DNA of 64,000 bases from Candidatus Poribacteria bacterium (GCA_965222225.1 CBDCTK010000002.1:3872001-3936000), one strand, 5' to 3'. Counted from the stretch's first letter, positions 52,026 through 62,440 are shown. Made by a program: numbers and translations. The notes: generated from the sequence alone by a model not told the origin.

Positions 52026-53222
52026 TCAATGATTTCTCGGTCGGAACGGCTTGACATCCGACTCGACGACATCAACGGCGACGAATGTCAAATCGTCATC
52101 CGTCGGAATCCCGTTTCTGAACTTTTCGATGCTACCCAGAAGCCGACTGACAAGCGCACCCCCGGATTCATCCGTTTCTTGAACGGCAGTTTCCTCAAGT
52201 CGGCGTTCGCCAAATTCTTCTCTCTCCGGATTTCTCGCCTCGTACGCGCCATCCGTATAGAGCAACATCCTGCTGCAACGGTTAAAGTCGTAGTTGGCGG
52301 TTTCGTAGATGGAGTTTGCTAACAGCCCCAGTCCCTTTCCAGCGACTCCCTGACAAAGCAACTCACAGGTACCGTGGTGTCGGTGGATGAGGAGTGGATA
52401 CGGGTGCCCCGCATTTGCGCAGGAAATCGTTTCATTCGGCAAATCTATCACTGCATAGAACGCGGTCGCGAACATGAACATCTGCGAACTGATTGTATTG
52501 TTAAACCGAGCGTTTAAGGTCGTAAGCAGTAGTCCGGGATCGTTTCCCATCCGATCTCTAATCTCCCCGACAACCGTTTTCATGAACACGGCAACGAGCG
52601 CGGCAGACACGCCATGCCCCATTACGTCGGAAATGAATATCCCCAAACGACCCGGCTCTATTTCCCAGAAATCAAAGAAATCACCGCCTACCTCTATCTC
52701 CGGAGTGGAATGCGACACAATCCGGAATCCTGCCAAATCGACAAGTCCGTTTTGTGGCATCAAGATTTCTTGGACTTGCCGTGCCATCTCTAACTCGGCT
52801 TTCAAACGGGCATTATGCGCTTCCAGTTCATCACGGTATTCTTTAATGCGCAGCAGCGAGCCGACGCGCGCCACGATTTCGTGCCCATCAAACGGCTTGG
52901 AGATAAAATCGTCCGCGCCCGCTTGAATTGATTGGATACGATCGGCGGTATCTCTTAGCGCCGTAACCATCACTACGGGGACAAACTGTGTTGATTCATC
53001 CGCGCGAATTCGCCGACACACCTCAAACCCATCCATTCTCGGCATCTGAATATCTAGCAGAACCAAGTCTGGAGGGTTTGACGCTATCAGTTCTAGGGCT
53101 TCGCTTCCGCTGGTGGCGGTAAGCACGACATAGCCCTTTGCTTCAAGCTGAATCTGAAGTATTTTGATGTTTATTTCGTCATCATCAACAACGAGGATTT
53201 TGGGTGTTGCGCGCGCGCTCAT
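52026..53222 (-). CDS. Receiver domain plus SpoIIE PP2C phosphatase
   Basis: REC domain; GGDFFD, DVMGHG, NAGHP, YTDG and DDLT motifs. Confidence 0.92.
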   Translation of the reverse strand: MSARATPKILVVDDDEINIKILQIQLEAKGYVVLTATSGSEALELIASNPPDLVLLDIQMPRMDGFEVCRRIRADESTQFVPVVMVTALRDTADRIQSIQAGADDFISKPFDGHEIVARVGSLLRIKEYRDELEAHNARLKAELEMARQVQEILMPQNGLVDLAGFRIVSHSTPEIEVGGDFFDFWEIEPGRLGIFISDVMGHGVSAALVAVFMKTVVGEIRDRMGNDPGLLLTTLNARFNNTISSQMFMFATAFYAVIDLPNETISCANAGHPYPLLIHRHHGTCELLCQGVAGKGLGLLANSIYETANYDFNRCSRMLLYTDGAYEARNPEREEFGERRLEETAVQETDESGGALVSRLLGSIEKFRNGIPTDDDLTFVAVDVVESDVKPFRPRNH

Positions 53223-53602
53223 TCCCCGGATTCTCCTGCATACTTACCCACAAGATTGACCAGAACGCGGGTATCAATGGGTTTGCTAATATAATCGTCA
53301 CACCCGGCTTCAAGTATCCGTTCGCGGTCGCCTTTCATTGCCGCCGCGGTCAAGGCAAGGATTGGAACATGCTGCCATCGGGGGTCCGTTTTAATCTGCC
53401 GAGTCAATTCCTCTCCGTCCATTCCACCGGGAAGGGAAATATCCATCAGAATCAAGTCCGGTGTTTTCGTGTTCAGTATCTGAAGGGTTTCTTCCGCGGT
53501 GGTTGCCTCGAGCATTTCATATCCTTCCGCTTCCAGCACAATCCGCACGACCTTCCGATTTAACTCTTTGTCCTCAACGACTAAAACACTTTTGGCGCTC
53601 AC
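53219..53602 (-). CDS. Single-domain response regulator (DivK-like)
   Basis: VED, LILMDISLP, ALTA and YISKP motifs. Confidence 0.92.
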   Translation of the reverse strand: MSAKSVLVVEDKELNRKVVRIVLEAEGYEMLEATTAEETLQILNTKTPDLILMDISLPGGMDGEELTRQIKTDPRWQHVPILALTAAAMKGDRERILEAGCDDYISKPIDTRVLVNLVGKYAGESGE

Positions 53603-53735
53603 GTGTGAATTTCCTTTTCCCCACTATCTGCCGTCTCCGTGTTGAATCTCCTCATCAAGCCAACACCGCCCGAAGTGGATTGACAAATCCACTGCAGTAT
53701 CTAACCCAAATTGCCACCCCTCTCGTAGGTCGGGA

Positions 53736-53782
53736 TCAAGCGAGCAATCAAGCGACTGGATAAGGAGCGCGATAGAGTTCCC
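53736..53782 (+). repeat. Nested micro-elements in REP GTAGGTCGGGA...TCCCGAC
   Basis: Two TCAAGCGA 5' ends and one complete unit. Confidence 0.8.
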
Positions 53783-54000
53783 GACAGGTCGGTTGTGTCT
53801 CGCGTAGATGGTCCAAATTGATGCAGCCGCCTAGCTCTCGCTTTGTGATGTTTTCGATTGGGACGTAATCCAAGTGTCGCCCCTCTGGGGCTTTAGCGTG
53901 TGGCTAATCCACGTTTCTATACACCTGTCACCCCGCTGGGGCTTTGATGTCCGGATAATACATAAATACTTAGCGAATAAACTACTTAGGTTATCTATAT

Positions 54001-56295
54001 CTATTCATCAGCGGATGGTGTACTCGGCATCCGAAAACGCTCAATTCGCTTGATTGCATCCAATAACTTCTGTCTCACATCCCCTGTTTTTTCAATCACG
54101 GATTGGATTTGTCCGTTGAGGCGTTCCTTTTCCTCGTCGGTGAGGTCCATCGCTGTGCAAATCACAATTGGAATGTCACACGCCCCAGTATCTTCCGCCA
54201 GACGTTTTACAACTTGGAATCCATCTACCTCGGGCATTGCCAAATCCAGGATGATGAGAACCGGTGCCTCGGCAATTGCCAAATCAATTCCTTCCTGCCC
54301 CCCATAGGCTTTTAGCACGTCATATCCCTCGGATTCCAAAACGGTAGATAACAATCGGACCGCGTGTGGATCGTCATCGATTATGAGGATACGGACGCTG
54401 CCATTTTGTTCCGGAAGGCGCAATGACCGCAACGAGGCGAGAAGGGCGGTCTTATCAATCGGTTTTACAAGATGGTCCACCGCTCCCAACCCAAATCCCA
54501 ATTGACGTTCTTCGGTGATAGAGACAATTATAACGGGGATTGACTGCAGATCGGAATTCGCCTTTAGTGCTTTTAGAACTTGCCAGCCGTCCTTCTTCGG
54601 AAGCATGATGTCGAGGGTTATTGCAAACGGCTTGATTTCCGCCGCTTTGGCAATTGCCGCTTCACCATCTGTTGCGTATTCAACGCGATAACCCGCCTCC
54701 ATCAAATAAATTCCCAGCAGATGGGCAGCCTGTTTATTATCTTCAGCCACCAAGATAGTTCGGTTATCGGCAGAGGAAGGGAGATTCGCGGGAATTGGAG
54801 CGGGGCTTGAAGCTACATGCTGCTGCAACGGTAGTGTGAAGGAAAAGGTACTTCCTTCACCGACAGTGCTCTCGACCCATATCTCTCCACCGTGTAATTC
54901 AACCAGTCGCTTTGTCAGAGCGAGCCCTAAGCCCGTGCCTTCGTGCGCACGCGCTTTCGATGTGTCAACTTGGGTAAATGCGTGAAATAGCATCTCCTGA
55001 TCTTCCGGTGAAATACCCACGCCGGTATCAATCACCCGAATTAACAACGAGCTGTCCAAAATCTCAAGCTTGGTAGTCACCCGACCACCTTCATTCGTGA
55101 ACTTGACGCCGTTGGCAAGTAAGTTGTAGAGAATCTGCTTGAATTTGGTCTTGTCCGCTGTTATTGTAATATCTTGATTGAATTCCCGAGTGAGTTGAAT
55201 CCGTTTCTTGCGGGCTAAGGCATTAACGACCATACCCACCTCCTCCATAGTTTCTATGATGGAGAAGGCTTCAAAGTCTAAATCCATCGTCCCCGCCTCA
55301 ATCTTGGACAAGTCGAGGATGTCGTTAATCATGTCAAGGAGATGGCGCCCGCTCGTATGGATATCGGTCGCAAGCTCTTTCTGCTCCGGCTTTATTGGTC
55401 CGATAATCTCGTCCCGTAAGATTTCCGCGAACCCGATAATGGCGTTCAGTGGTGTACGCAGCTCATGGCTCATGTTGGCGAGGAAATCACTCTTCGCACG
55501 GTTCGCATATTCGGCTGCCTCTTTCGCCGCCTGCAATTCTACTTGTGCACGCACACGCTCCGTGATATCTCTGGAAATGCCGAAGGTGCCTATGATTTCC
55601 CCGGTCTTGTCAAATAACGGCGCTTTTGTCGATGATACCCAGGTGTCCTGCCCGATGGGCCAGGTCTCCTTTTCCTCCTTCGCTTCCATCGGTGCGCCCG
55701 ACCTTATCACTTCCTGCTCGTCTGCAAATGCCTGTTGCGCATGCTCCTCCGTGAAAAATTCGGCATCCGTCTTCCCGATTGCTTCTTCGGAATCGGAGAG
55801 ATGAAAAAGCTTGGTTATTGCTTTGTTAATTCGGATAAATCGACTTGCCATATCCTTAAAGTAAATATGATCGGACGTATTGTCCATGAACGTGTTCAAT
55901 AGGCTCTGTTCCTGTTCCAAGGCGTCTTCCGTTTGTTTTCGCCGCGTGATGTCTCTCCCGACGGCATAGTACAGACGTTTTTCGAGAGATATTGTGGCGC
56001 TCCATAGTATCCATCGATACCCCCCATCCTTGCACTGATAGCGATTTTCAAAGGAAACGACATCGCTGCCCGTTGCCATAATCGTCTGGGATTTGGCAAT
56101 TGTCGATTCTCGATCGTCGGGATGCACGAAGTCGATAAACGGCTTGGCTTTGAGTTCTTCAATTGTGAAACCGAGTGTTCGCTCCCATGCCGGATTCAAA
56201 TCAGCGAAATAGCCGTCAAAATTGGCAATGCACAGCATATCTAGCGAGAGTGTGAAAAAGCGTTCTCGCTCGGAGATGCCGTTGGGACGGTTCAT
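54001..56295 (-). CDS. Hybrid histidine kinase (PAS-PAS-HisKA-HATPase-REC-REC)
   Basis: Two PAS domains; SHELRTPLN, NLLANGVKFT and GTGLGL motifs; two receivers. Confidence 0.93.
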   Translation of the reverse strand: MNRPNGISERERFFTLSLDMLCIANFDGYFADLNPAWERTLGFTIEELKAKPFIDFVHPDDRESTIAKSQTIMATGSDVVSFENRYQCKDGGYRWILWSATISLEKRLYYAVGRDITRRKQTEDALEQEQSLLNTFMDNTSDHIYFKDMASRFIRINKAITKLFHLSDSEEAIGKTDAEFFTEEHAQQAFADEQEVIRSGAPMEAKEEKETWPIGQDTWVSSTKAPLFDKTGEIIGTFGISRDITERVRAQVELQAAKEAAEYANRAKSDFLANMSHELRTPLNAIIGFAEILRDEIIGPIKPEQKELATDIHTSGRHLLDMINDILDLSKIEAGTMDLDFEAFSIIETMEEVGMVVNALARKKRIQLTREFNQDITITADKTKFKQILYNLLANGVKFTNEGGRVTTKLEILDSSLLIRVIDTGVGISPEDQEMLFHAFTQVDTSKARAHEGTGLGLALTKRLVELHGGEIWVESTVGEGSTFSFTLPLQQHVASSPAPIPANLPSSADNRTILVAEDNKQAAHLLGIYLMEAGYRVEYATDGEAAIAKAAEIKPFAITLDIMLPKKDGWQVLKALKANSDLQSIPVIIVSITEERQLGFGLGAVDHLVKPIDKTALLASLRSLRLPEQNGSVRILIIDDDPHAVRLLSTVLESEGYDVLKAYGGQEGIDLAIAEAPVLIILDLAMPEVDGFQVVKRLAEDTGACDIPIVICTAMDLTDEEKERLNGQIQSVIEKTGDVRQKLLDAIKRIERFRMPSTPSADE

Positions 56296-56310
56296 AACTT
56301 TTTCCTCTCT

Positions 56311-58128
56311 TCATTTTCTTTTCAAAACCAATAATGCCAAATCGTCAAACTGCTTAGCGTCTCCTTGAAATTCCGCCACGGTGTCGCGAATCTTGGTACA
56401 AATTTCGTTCGCGCACGCATGTCGTATGCCCTTCGCTAGATTATGCAATCGTTGCTCCTCAAACTGCTCGCCATTGGGGTCCACTGCGTCGGTCACGCCA
56501 TCGGTGTAAAGCAAAAGGGTATCTCCGCTATGTAGCCGAACTGTTTCCTGCTGATATTCCGCAATGTCGGCCAGGATATCGGCGGGGTACATCCCGACAA
56601 CCGATCCACCCTTTTCCAGCCGCGTCACACTGCCATCTCGACGTATGACGATTGGATAGTTATGTCCTGCGTTCACTGATGTCAACGCGCCTGTTTCCAT
56701 GTGCAATCGGGCGTAGACAAGGGTTGCGTAGGCATCGCTGATGCTGCCCTCATACAAGAGCGCATTTAACCGTATTGCCATGGCTAGCAAGTTGCTCTGT
56801 CTCGCAACCTCCGATCGTAAGGAGGTCCGAAGCATTACCATCAGCAGCGCAGCTTGCATCCCCTTGCCCGAAACGTCGGCAATCACAAATCCCCAGTTCC
56901 CGTCTGGCTCCTGAATGTAATCGAAGTAGTCTCCGCCTACGCCATCGTGATGCGGGATACTTAATCCGGCGACCTCGTAGCCCGGAATATCGGGCTGTGC
57001 CTTGGGCAACAGGTTCGCCTGGATTTGTGCCGCTTCTTCCATCTCCGCTTGTAATCGGCGTTTTTCAAGAGCTTCGTGGTAAAGACGCGCATTTTCAATC
57101 GAGACGCCGATTTGATGGGCAAAGGCTTCAAGCAGAATCCGATCCTCGTCGACGAAATCAAGAGAGGCGTTGTCCTGTCCCGCTTTGTCGCATACCGCCA
57201 ACACTCCCAAAATCTCTCGCCTGAAAATTGGAACGGCGATGAGATTCCTTCTACCGAACGGCGAGACCTGATTCGCATCGTTGCAAATCTGCGAAATGCC
57301 GGAAATAGCTACGTCCCGAAGTATCGAAAGTGCGGGCGCCCCGTCCTGTTGAACCTCCAAATCGACAACAACGCCTTGCAGATTGGTTGGAAATTCCGTA
57401 TCAAGCAGGACATGGCTCCTCACCTCAAGTCTTCTCGTATTGGGAGCAGTCAGCATAAGGTAGCCCATCCCGCTGTCCAAGAGAGGGACAACATGATTCA
57501 TTGCCGCCTTCTCAATGCTTTCCACATCCAGAAGTTTACTAATCTGAGCCGTGACATCGGACAGCAAAAGAAGGCGCAACTTGGCGGCACGCATCTCTTG
57601 CAATGCACGCGAATGCGCCATTGCGGTCGCAACACGGTTGGCTACTGTATTCAGCAATACATCAACCCATGCCTGTTTTTCAATCTCCATTGAAGGGATC
57701 CCGAGGGCAATAATGCCTATCAATTCCCCATCGGTCTGCAATGCCACCCATATCTCCGAGACGAGCCCATGCAGTTGTCGCATCATCCTGTCTCGAAGTG
57801 CCGTCAGAGATTTCGGTAGATTTGCGAGATGAATTGGCGACGATTGAAGGATTGCGCCAATCTCCTCTGATGTGACCGGAATGATGACCGATTTCGAGCG
57901 GGGGGTGATTGACGATTCGACATAAAAGTGACTCTTGGCAGGGTCAAGGCGTAGAATTGCTCCCTCTCTCGCTTCCAGCGCATCCAGAGTTAGCCGTAGA
58001 TATGCTTCATCCAAGCACTCAAATCCATCCTGTCTAGAAATGAATGTTTCACCAATTTGTTCAAGTTTGGACAGGAATGAAAGCAGTCGACTCATGCTTT
58101 CCTCGGAGGAAGCATACTTCATCTGCAC
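56311..58128 (-). CDS. GAF-domain SpoIIE/RsbU PP2C phosphatase
   Basis: GAF-like regions; GGDYFD, ADVSGKG, NAGH, YTDG and DDL motifs. Confidence 0.9.
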   Translation of the reverse strand: MQMKYASSEESMSRLLSFLSKLEQIGETFISRQDGFECLDEAYLRLTLDALEAREGAILRLDPAKSHFYVESSITPRSKSVIIPVTSEEIGAILQSSPIHLANLPKSLTALRDRMMRQLHGLVSEIWVALQTDGELIGIIALGIPSMEIEKQAWVDVLLNTVANRVATAMAHSRALQEMRAAKLRLLLLSDVTAQISKLLDVESIEKAAMNHVVPLLDSGMGYLMLTAPNTRRLEVRSHVLLDTEFPTNLQGVVVDLEVQQDGAPALSILRDVAISGISQICNDANQVSPFGRRNLIAVPIFRREILGVLAVCDKAGQDNASLDFVDEDRILLEAFAHQIGVSIENARLYHEALEKRRLQAEMEEAAQIQANLLPKAQPDIPGYEVAGLSIPHHDGVGGDYFDYIQEPDGNWGFVIADVSGKGMQAALLMVMLRTSLRSEVARQSNLLAMAIRLNALLYEGSISDAYATLVYARLHMETGALTSVNAGHNYPIVIRRDGSVTRLEKGGSVVGMYPADILADIAEYQQETVRLHSGDTLLLYTDGVTDAVDPNGEQFEEQRLHNLAKGIRHACANEICTKIRDTVAEFQGDAKQFDDLALLVLKRK

Positions 58129-58266
58129 ACCTTGTAAAGAATTGTCGAGACATTAGGCGCTAAGCGTGCCGCAGCTATCGCGTTTCTACGACGTTAGCGA
58201 CCCCGAATAATCTGTTCTCGGCGATGCACTACCGATACACACCATCAAACGAAACACCCTCTCGAA

Positions 58267-58611
58267 TCAGGATGCGAGCGCTGTAACCGCAGCCTTCTCG
58301 CTATCGAAATGTTCGAAAGTGCTAATTAAGCGACTTCTGATAATCAGGCTTTTGATATTTGTGCCGACGTGGATGATACCGATTCGTCCCCCCTGTTTTG
58401 CGATTGATACGTGGGTTCCCATCAACGTTCCGAGTCCCGAACTGTCCATCATTGTCACATCGGCGAAATCGATCAACAGCCTTGGATTTTCCCCGCTGTC
58501 GGGTAGCTCGTTATCAATTGTCTGTCTGAGTTCCGTAACGGCCCTTCCAATCAGCTTGCCGCTGGGCTTCAAAATTATAACGCCATCCTCTTGAGCCACG
58601 TCAATTGCCAT
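58267..58611 (-). CDS. STAS anti-sigma factor antagonist
   Basis: MDSSGLG motif; start MAIDV after AGGAGG. Confidence 0.9.
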   Translation of the reverse strand: MAIDVAQEDGVIILKPSGKLIGRAVTELRQTIDNELPDSGENPRLLIDFADVTMMDSSGLGTLMGTHVSIAKQGGRIGIIHVGTNIKSLIIRSRLISTFEHFDSEKAAVTALAS

Positions 58612-58983
58612 TTTTTGCCCTCCTGAAAAAGTTGCCAAGTCGATTAATTTATTGCGTTGAAGTTTGAAATGTAACAAAGATAGACACACAGGTTTGTGCG
58701 ATTGCCTTTCCGTAAAACGGCGAATTCTTCGCCTGTCCAAGTCTTTCGAAAGCACCGCGTCTCTCATCTATCACGTGTTATTGCCTGCAAACACTAAAAC
58801 CACGGTATTTGTTCCATCGCTGATTCTAAAGGATATATGACCTTTTGTCAAGCCTTCAACACAGAGAATCGTATCCGGTTGCACCTGCAAAATCGGTTGA
58901 CCCCTGTTTGGCGTTGTGTTAGAATTTAGATTGTCATTACAACACACCAACCAAAGTAGGTTTGAGGAGAGTGCGACGAGATC

Positions 58984-60246
58984 GTGCAGTTCCCGGGCTT
59001 TAATCACAATGCAATAATCCCGTACATCATTATCCTGGCGTATTTTTCTCTCATCGTAGAATTCTCCTTGGTCACCCACTCCTTTTTATATGCACGCCGA
59101 GAGCGAAAAACGAAACGTCCACACTATGCGCCGAAAGCCGCAATTATTGCCCCCCACTACGGCTGGGATGCCCAAACCGAGGAGAGCGTCAAACCGTTGC
59201 TAACTCAAGATTATGCGGGCGAATATGAGGTGTTCTTTGTGACTCACGCCGTTGGCGAGTTGGACTGCGACCCTTCATATTCGCATCTCGGCAGACTCGC
59301 TGAAGAACACCTCCATGTACGCGCACTCTTGGCGCCTAATGTTATCGACAATGCTCTTCCCCGCTCCCAAAAGGTGCAGAACCTCATAACCGCAATAACG
59401 GAATTGCCCGATGATGTTGAGATTATCGCTTTTGTTGATGCAGACGTGACCGTCAGGGAAGATTGGCTGAGGCTGTTGGTCGAACCCCTCCAGGACCCGC
59501 GAATCGGCGCGACCGTAGGAGCAAGGTTCTACTACCCCCACACTCTCAATCTCCCGTCACTCGTGGAAGCTATCTGGGTCAACTTTCAGATTTCGACGCA
59601 AGGCGACCACCATTTTACAATGGTATGGGGTGGCTCCAATGCGATTCGCCGTAATTTAATTAGGGACGCAAACGTCCTGCAGCGCTGGGAAAACGCCGCC
59701 ATCGAAGATCACAATCTAACTCATGCCGTGAGAGATTCAAAACTCAAGGTGCATTTTGTTCCGGACTGCGTCGTAATAACACATACGATGAATCGCACAT
59801 GGAGGCAAGTTCTGGAATTTACAAACCGCCAGATGATCATGACGTACAGAATGGCGTTACGTGCACAGTGGGGTTTGAGTTTGGTGGCCTTGCTCCCTAA
59901 GGCGCTTATCGTGCTTGCGTCTATTGCGCTCCTGCCGTTTTACTTCGATCAGCGGTACCTGTGGCTCGTTCTTCTTATACCACTCATTGAAATCCAGACC
60001 TATCGCATTTTCGCATTGAATCTACCCAAAGTGCTCAGAGATATGGACGGCTTTCGCGACAACATCAGAATGTCCTCATTCGTCACGCCAATCTCGATGT
60101 TTGTTGCGGGGTTGAACGCGGTGTACACCGTGTTTCAGGACAAAATTATTTGGGGCGGCGTGCAGTACAAAATTCTCTCCGCGACCACATGTCAGGTCTT
60201 GGGCCGCGTCTCCGACGCTACGGATAAGACGGAAGATAATCAGTAG
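58984..60246 (+). CDS. GT2/GT21 membrane glycosyltransferase (ceramide glucosyltransferase/HpnI-like)
   Basis: N-terminal TM; KVQNL, DAD, ED and FTNRQ motifs; C-terminal IIWGGVQY. Confidence 0.8.
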   Translation: MQFPGFNHNAIIPYIIILAYFSLIVEFSLVTHSFLYARRERKTKRPHYAPKAAIIAPHYGWDAQTEESVKPLLTQDYAGEYEVFFVTHAVGELDCDPSYSHLGRLAEEHLHVRALLAPNVIDNALPRSQKVQNLITAITELPDDVEIIAFVDADVTVREDWLRLLVEPLQDPRIGATVGARFYYPHTLNLPSLVEAIWVNFQISTQGDHHFTMVWGGSNAIRRNLIRDANVLQRWENAAIEDHNLTHAVRDSKLKVHFVPDCVVITHTMNRTWRQVLEFTNRQMIMTYRMALRAQWGLSLVALLPKALIVLASIALLPFYFDQRYLWLVLLIPLIEIQTYRIFALNLPKVLRDMDGFRDNIRMSSFVTPISMFVAGLNAVYTVFQDKIIWGGVQYKILSATTCQVLGRVSDATDKTEDNQ

Positions 60247-60377
60247 TTATCATGCATATATTAGCAATCAATGATCGGTATGATTGTGTGCGGCATAGTA
60301 GTAGGGAATGCAGATCTGCGTTCCCCACAATCGTGAAGGGACGTACGTCCTATAATAAATGCACGTATTGACATTCA

Positions 60378-60644
60378 GAGCTTGTTTGAAAATTCATTTC
60401 GGGAAGAGCTTTTGCCCTGAAACCGATCAAATGAGCGAATAGCGAATGCGATAGAAATCCCTATTTTCTTGAAAACTCCGTTTCTTTCTTGCGCAAACCC
60501 GTAGGGTGCGCGCTGGGATCAAGGGAGCGAATAGTGAGTGCGATAGAAATCCTGACAGGTGTATAGCAGGCGACCACAAAAGCATGAAAAAGCCGCGCCC
60601 ACAGTGACCGAAATTGCTTTGCCACCTATTATTCAAACAGGCTC
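60378..60644. mobile_element. MITE (TIR GAGC(C/T)TGTTTGAA, TCA duplication) with two micro-elements (60427-60461, 60519-60553)
   Basis: TCA|GAGCTTGTTTGAA...TTCAAACAGGCTC|TCA. Confidence 0.85.
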
Positions 60645-60735
60645 TCAAGTAATACCATTTCGTTTGAATAGCAGTGCATAGAGTGAAATAATTATCTCGT
60701 TAGGACTTACGCGGTGGAGCACCCGGTAGGAGCGA

Positions 60736-60770
60736 TCAAACGAATGGATAACGAGTGCGATAGAGATCCG
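60736..60770 (+). repeat. 35-bp micro-element in a GTAG-REP (filled counterpart of 43157-43181)
   Basis: GTAGGAGCGA|TCAAACGAATGGATAACGAGTGCGATAGAGATCCG|TCTCTCGCTCGCGAC. Confidence 0.9.
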
Positions 60771-61054
60771 TCTCTCGCTCGCGACAGGAGGTCGCGAGGA
60801 AAGTCCGCTCCGACAGAAGACGCGCAATAAATTGCGCTACTACAAATCAAACCAAGCAAATCCAACACGTGTAATTCTTAATTGCAATGACTATAAGAGT
60901 TCCCGGTTAGGCATGCACCGGCATCCGTAGGGGTTGGGTCTACCAACCCTTGTGCCTCCCTCGAATTACGCACACGCCTAGCATAAATGTCAACAGAACC
61001 TAATACGGTATCTGACAAAAATTAACAATCTCTGGCTTCCAGAAAGGAAAAATA

Positions 61055-62275
61055 ATGCCAACACGGAGTCGAATTTCACCACGTTTCTTCGTCAACCAAC
61101 TCGCAACCGCCCTAACCGATGATTGGCAAACCGCCTACTCGCTCGCCAAGTATCAGGTTGCCAAAGAAAGTTTCAACTTGAGACACCCCTTCGGTGGCAA
61201 ACACGGAAAGGGAGACAGCGTGCAACTGGTCAGTTTGCGAATCACGGATATGTGTAACCTCAGGTGCCATTCCTGCGGACAGTGGGGTGATAACGGCTAC
61301 CTGCTCGGTGAATCTCTTAAAGAGCTGAAACAGCGCGAAGTCCCTGTCGAGGTGTATAAGCAGCTGGTCGATCAGATTGTTGACGCCGGCTGGTCGCCTG
61401 TATGGTACATCTGGGGCGGCGAGCCGATGCTTTATCCCGGATTGATTGAACTGTTGCACTACATCTCCGAACGCGGCATGACAATTTCGCTCGTGAGCAA
61501 TGCCACCAACATTGCTAGACGCGCCGATGATATCTTGGAGACCTGCAAAATCATCTATTTGAGCGTTGACGGACCAAACGAGGAAATTCACAACATGCAA
61601 CGCCCCGGAGTTACCGAGAATTACGACAACTTTACGGACGTAAAAGCAGCGCTGGAGACCTTGAGCGCCGAGAAGGAACGTCGGAATGTGGCGTTTCCCT
61701 ATATCGTTCCGTTGAGTTGTATCACCATGTACAATATCGACGATGTCGTGGATCTGTATAAATTTACAAGTCAATTTGCCGATGCGCAAATCTTCTATCT
61801 TACATGGTGGATGGACTCGCATTCCGCTCAGGCGCATACGGAGGATTTTGAACGGCGCTTCGGCTTCAAGCCGCAAACCCATTACGGCTGGATCGGTACA
61901 TGGAAAGATTTCGATCACGGCGCGATTTTTAATCGATTTGAGGAAATGGAGAAACTATCGGAGACGCAACGGCGTTGCCCTCCCTTGATGATGCCGCACC
62001 TTAATACGCGCGAAGAAATTCAGACCTACTATACGGATCACAACGAAACCTTCAACTACAATCAATGCGTCAGCATCTATATGACGATGGAGATTGACAG
62101 CAACGGCGATGTCAGCCTCTGCCGCGACTACCACGACTACATCATCGGCAACATCAAGACCGACACCGTGATGGACATGTGGAACAACGAAAAAGCGCGG
62201 AAGTTCAGGACCTCAATCAGCTCGGACGGGATTATGCCCGTATGCCGTCGCTGCTGCGGACTCATGGGCTATTAG
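61055..62275 (+). CDS. Radical SAM protein with SPASM/twitch domain
   Basis: CNLRCHSC, GGEP, C...GDVSLC..IGNI and CRRCC motifs. Confidence 0.9.
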   Translation: MPTRSRISPRFFVNQLATALTDDWQTAYSLAKYQVAKESFNLRHPFGGKHGKGDSVQLVSLRITDMCNLRCHSCGQWGDNGYLLGESLKELKQREVPVEVYKQLVDQIVDAGWSPVWYIWGGEPMLYPGLIELLHYISERGMTISLVSNATNIARRADDILETCKIIYLSVDGPNEEIHNMQRPGVTENYDNFTDVKAALETLSAEKERRNVAFPYIVPLSCITMYNIDDVVDLYKFTSQFADAQIFYLTWWMDSHSAQAHTEDFERRFGFKPQTHYGWIGTWKDFDHGAIFNRFEEMEKLSETQRRCPPLMMPHLNTREEIQTYYTDHNETFNYNQCVSIYMTMEIDSNGDVSLCRDYHDYIIGNIKTDTVMDMWNNEKARKFRTSISSDGIMPVCRRCCGLMGY

Positions 62276-62405
62276 TCATTCTCTAATCGGTGCCCTCTCT
62301 GGCTGCTCCGTCTGGATTGGCAAACCCGGAATGATCGGATTGTCAGTCAGCGGGAGTTTGTAGGGTGGGCACTGCCCACCGTCTTTTGTAGGGTGCACAC
62401 TGCGA

Positions 62406-62440
62406 TCAAGGGAATTGAAATTGATTGCGATAGAGACTAT
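62406..62440 (+). repeat. Degenerate micro-element after a GTAG-REP
   Basis: TCAAGGGAATTGAAATTGATTGCGATAGAGACT. Confidence 0.7.

Noticed and set aside
4463-60770. Classical diversity-generating retroelement as the source of micro-element variation
   Set aside because: No RT or TR/VR pair in the window, and many adenines on both strands are invariant; kept only as a loose analogy.
60795-60815. GAGGAAAGTCCG resembling the RNase P RNA signature
   Set aside because: It is the inverted partner arm of the adjacent GTAG-REP (GTCGCGA...CGCTCCGAC); the other RNase P conserved regions were not found.
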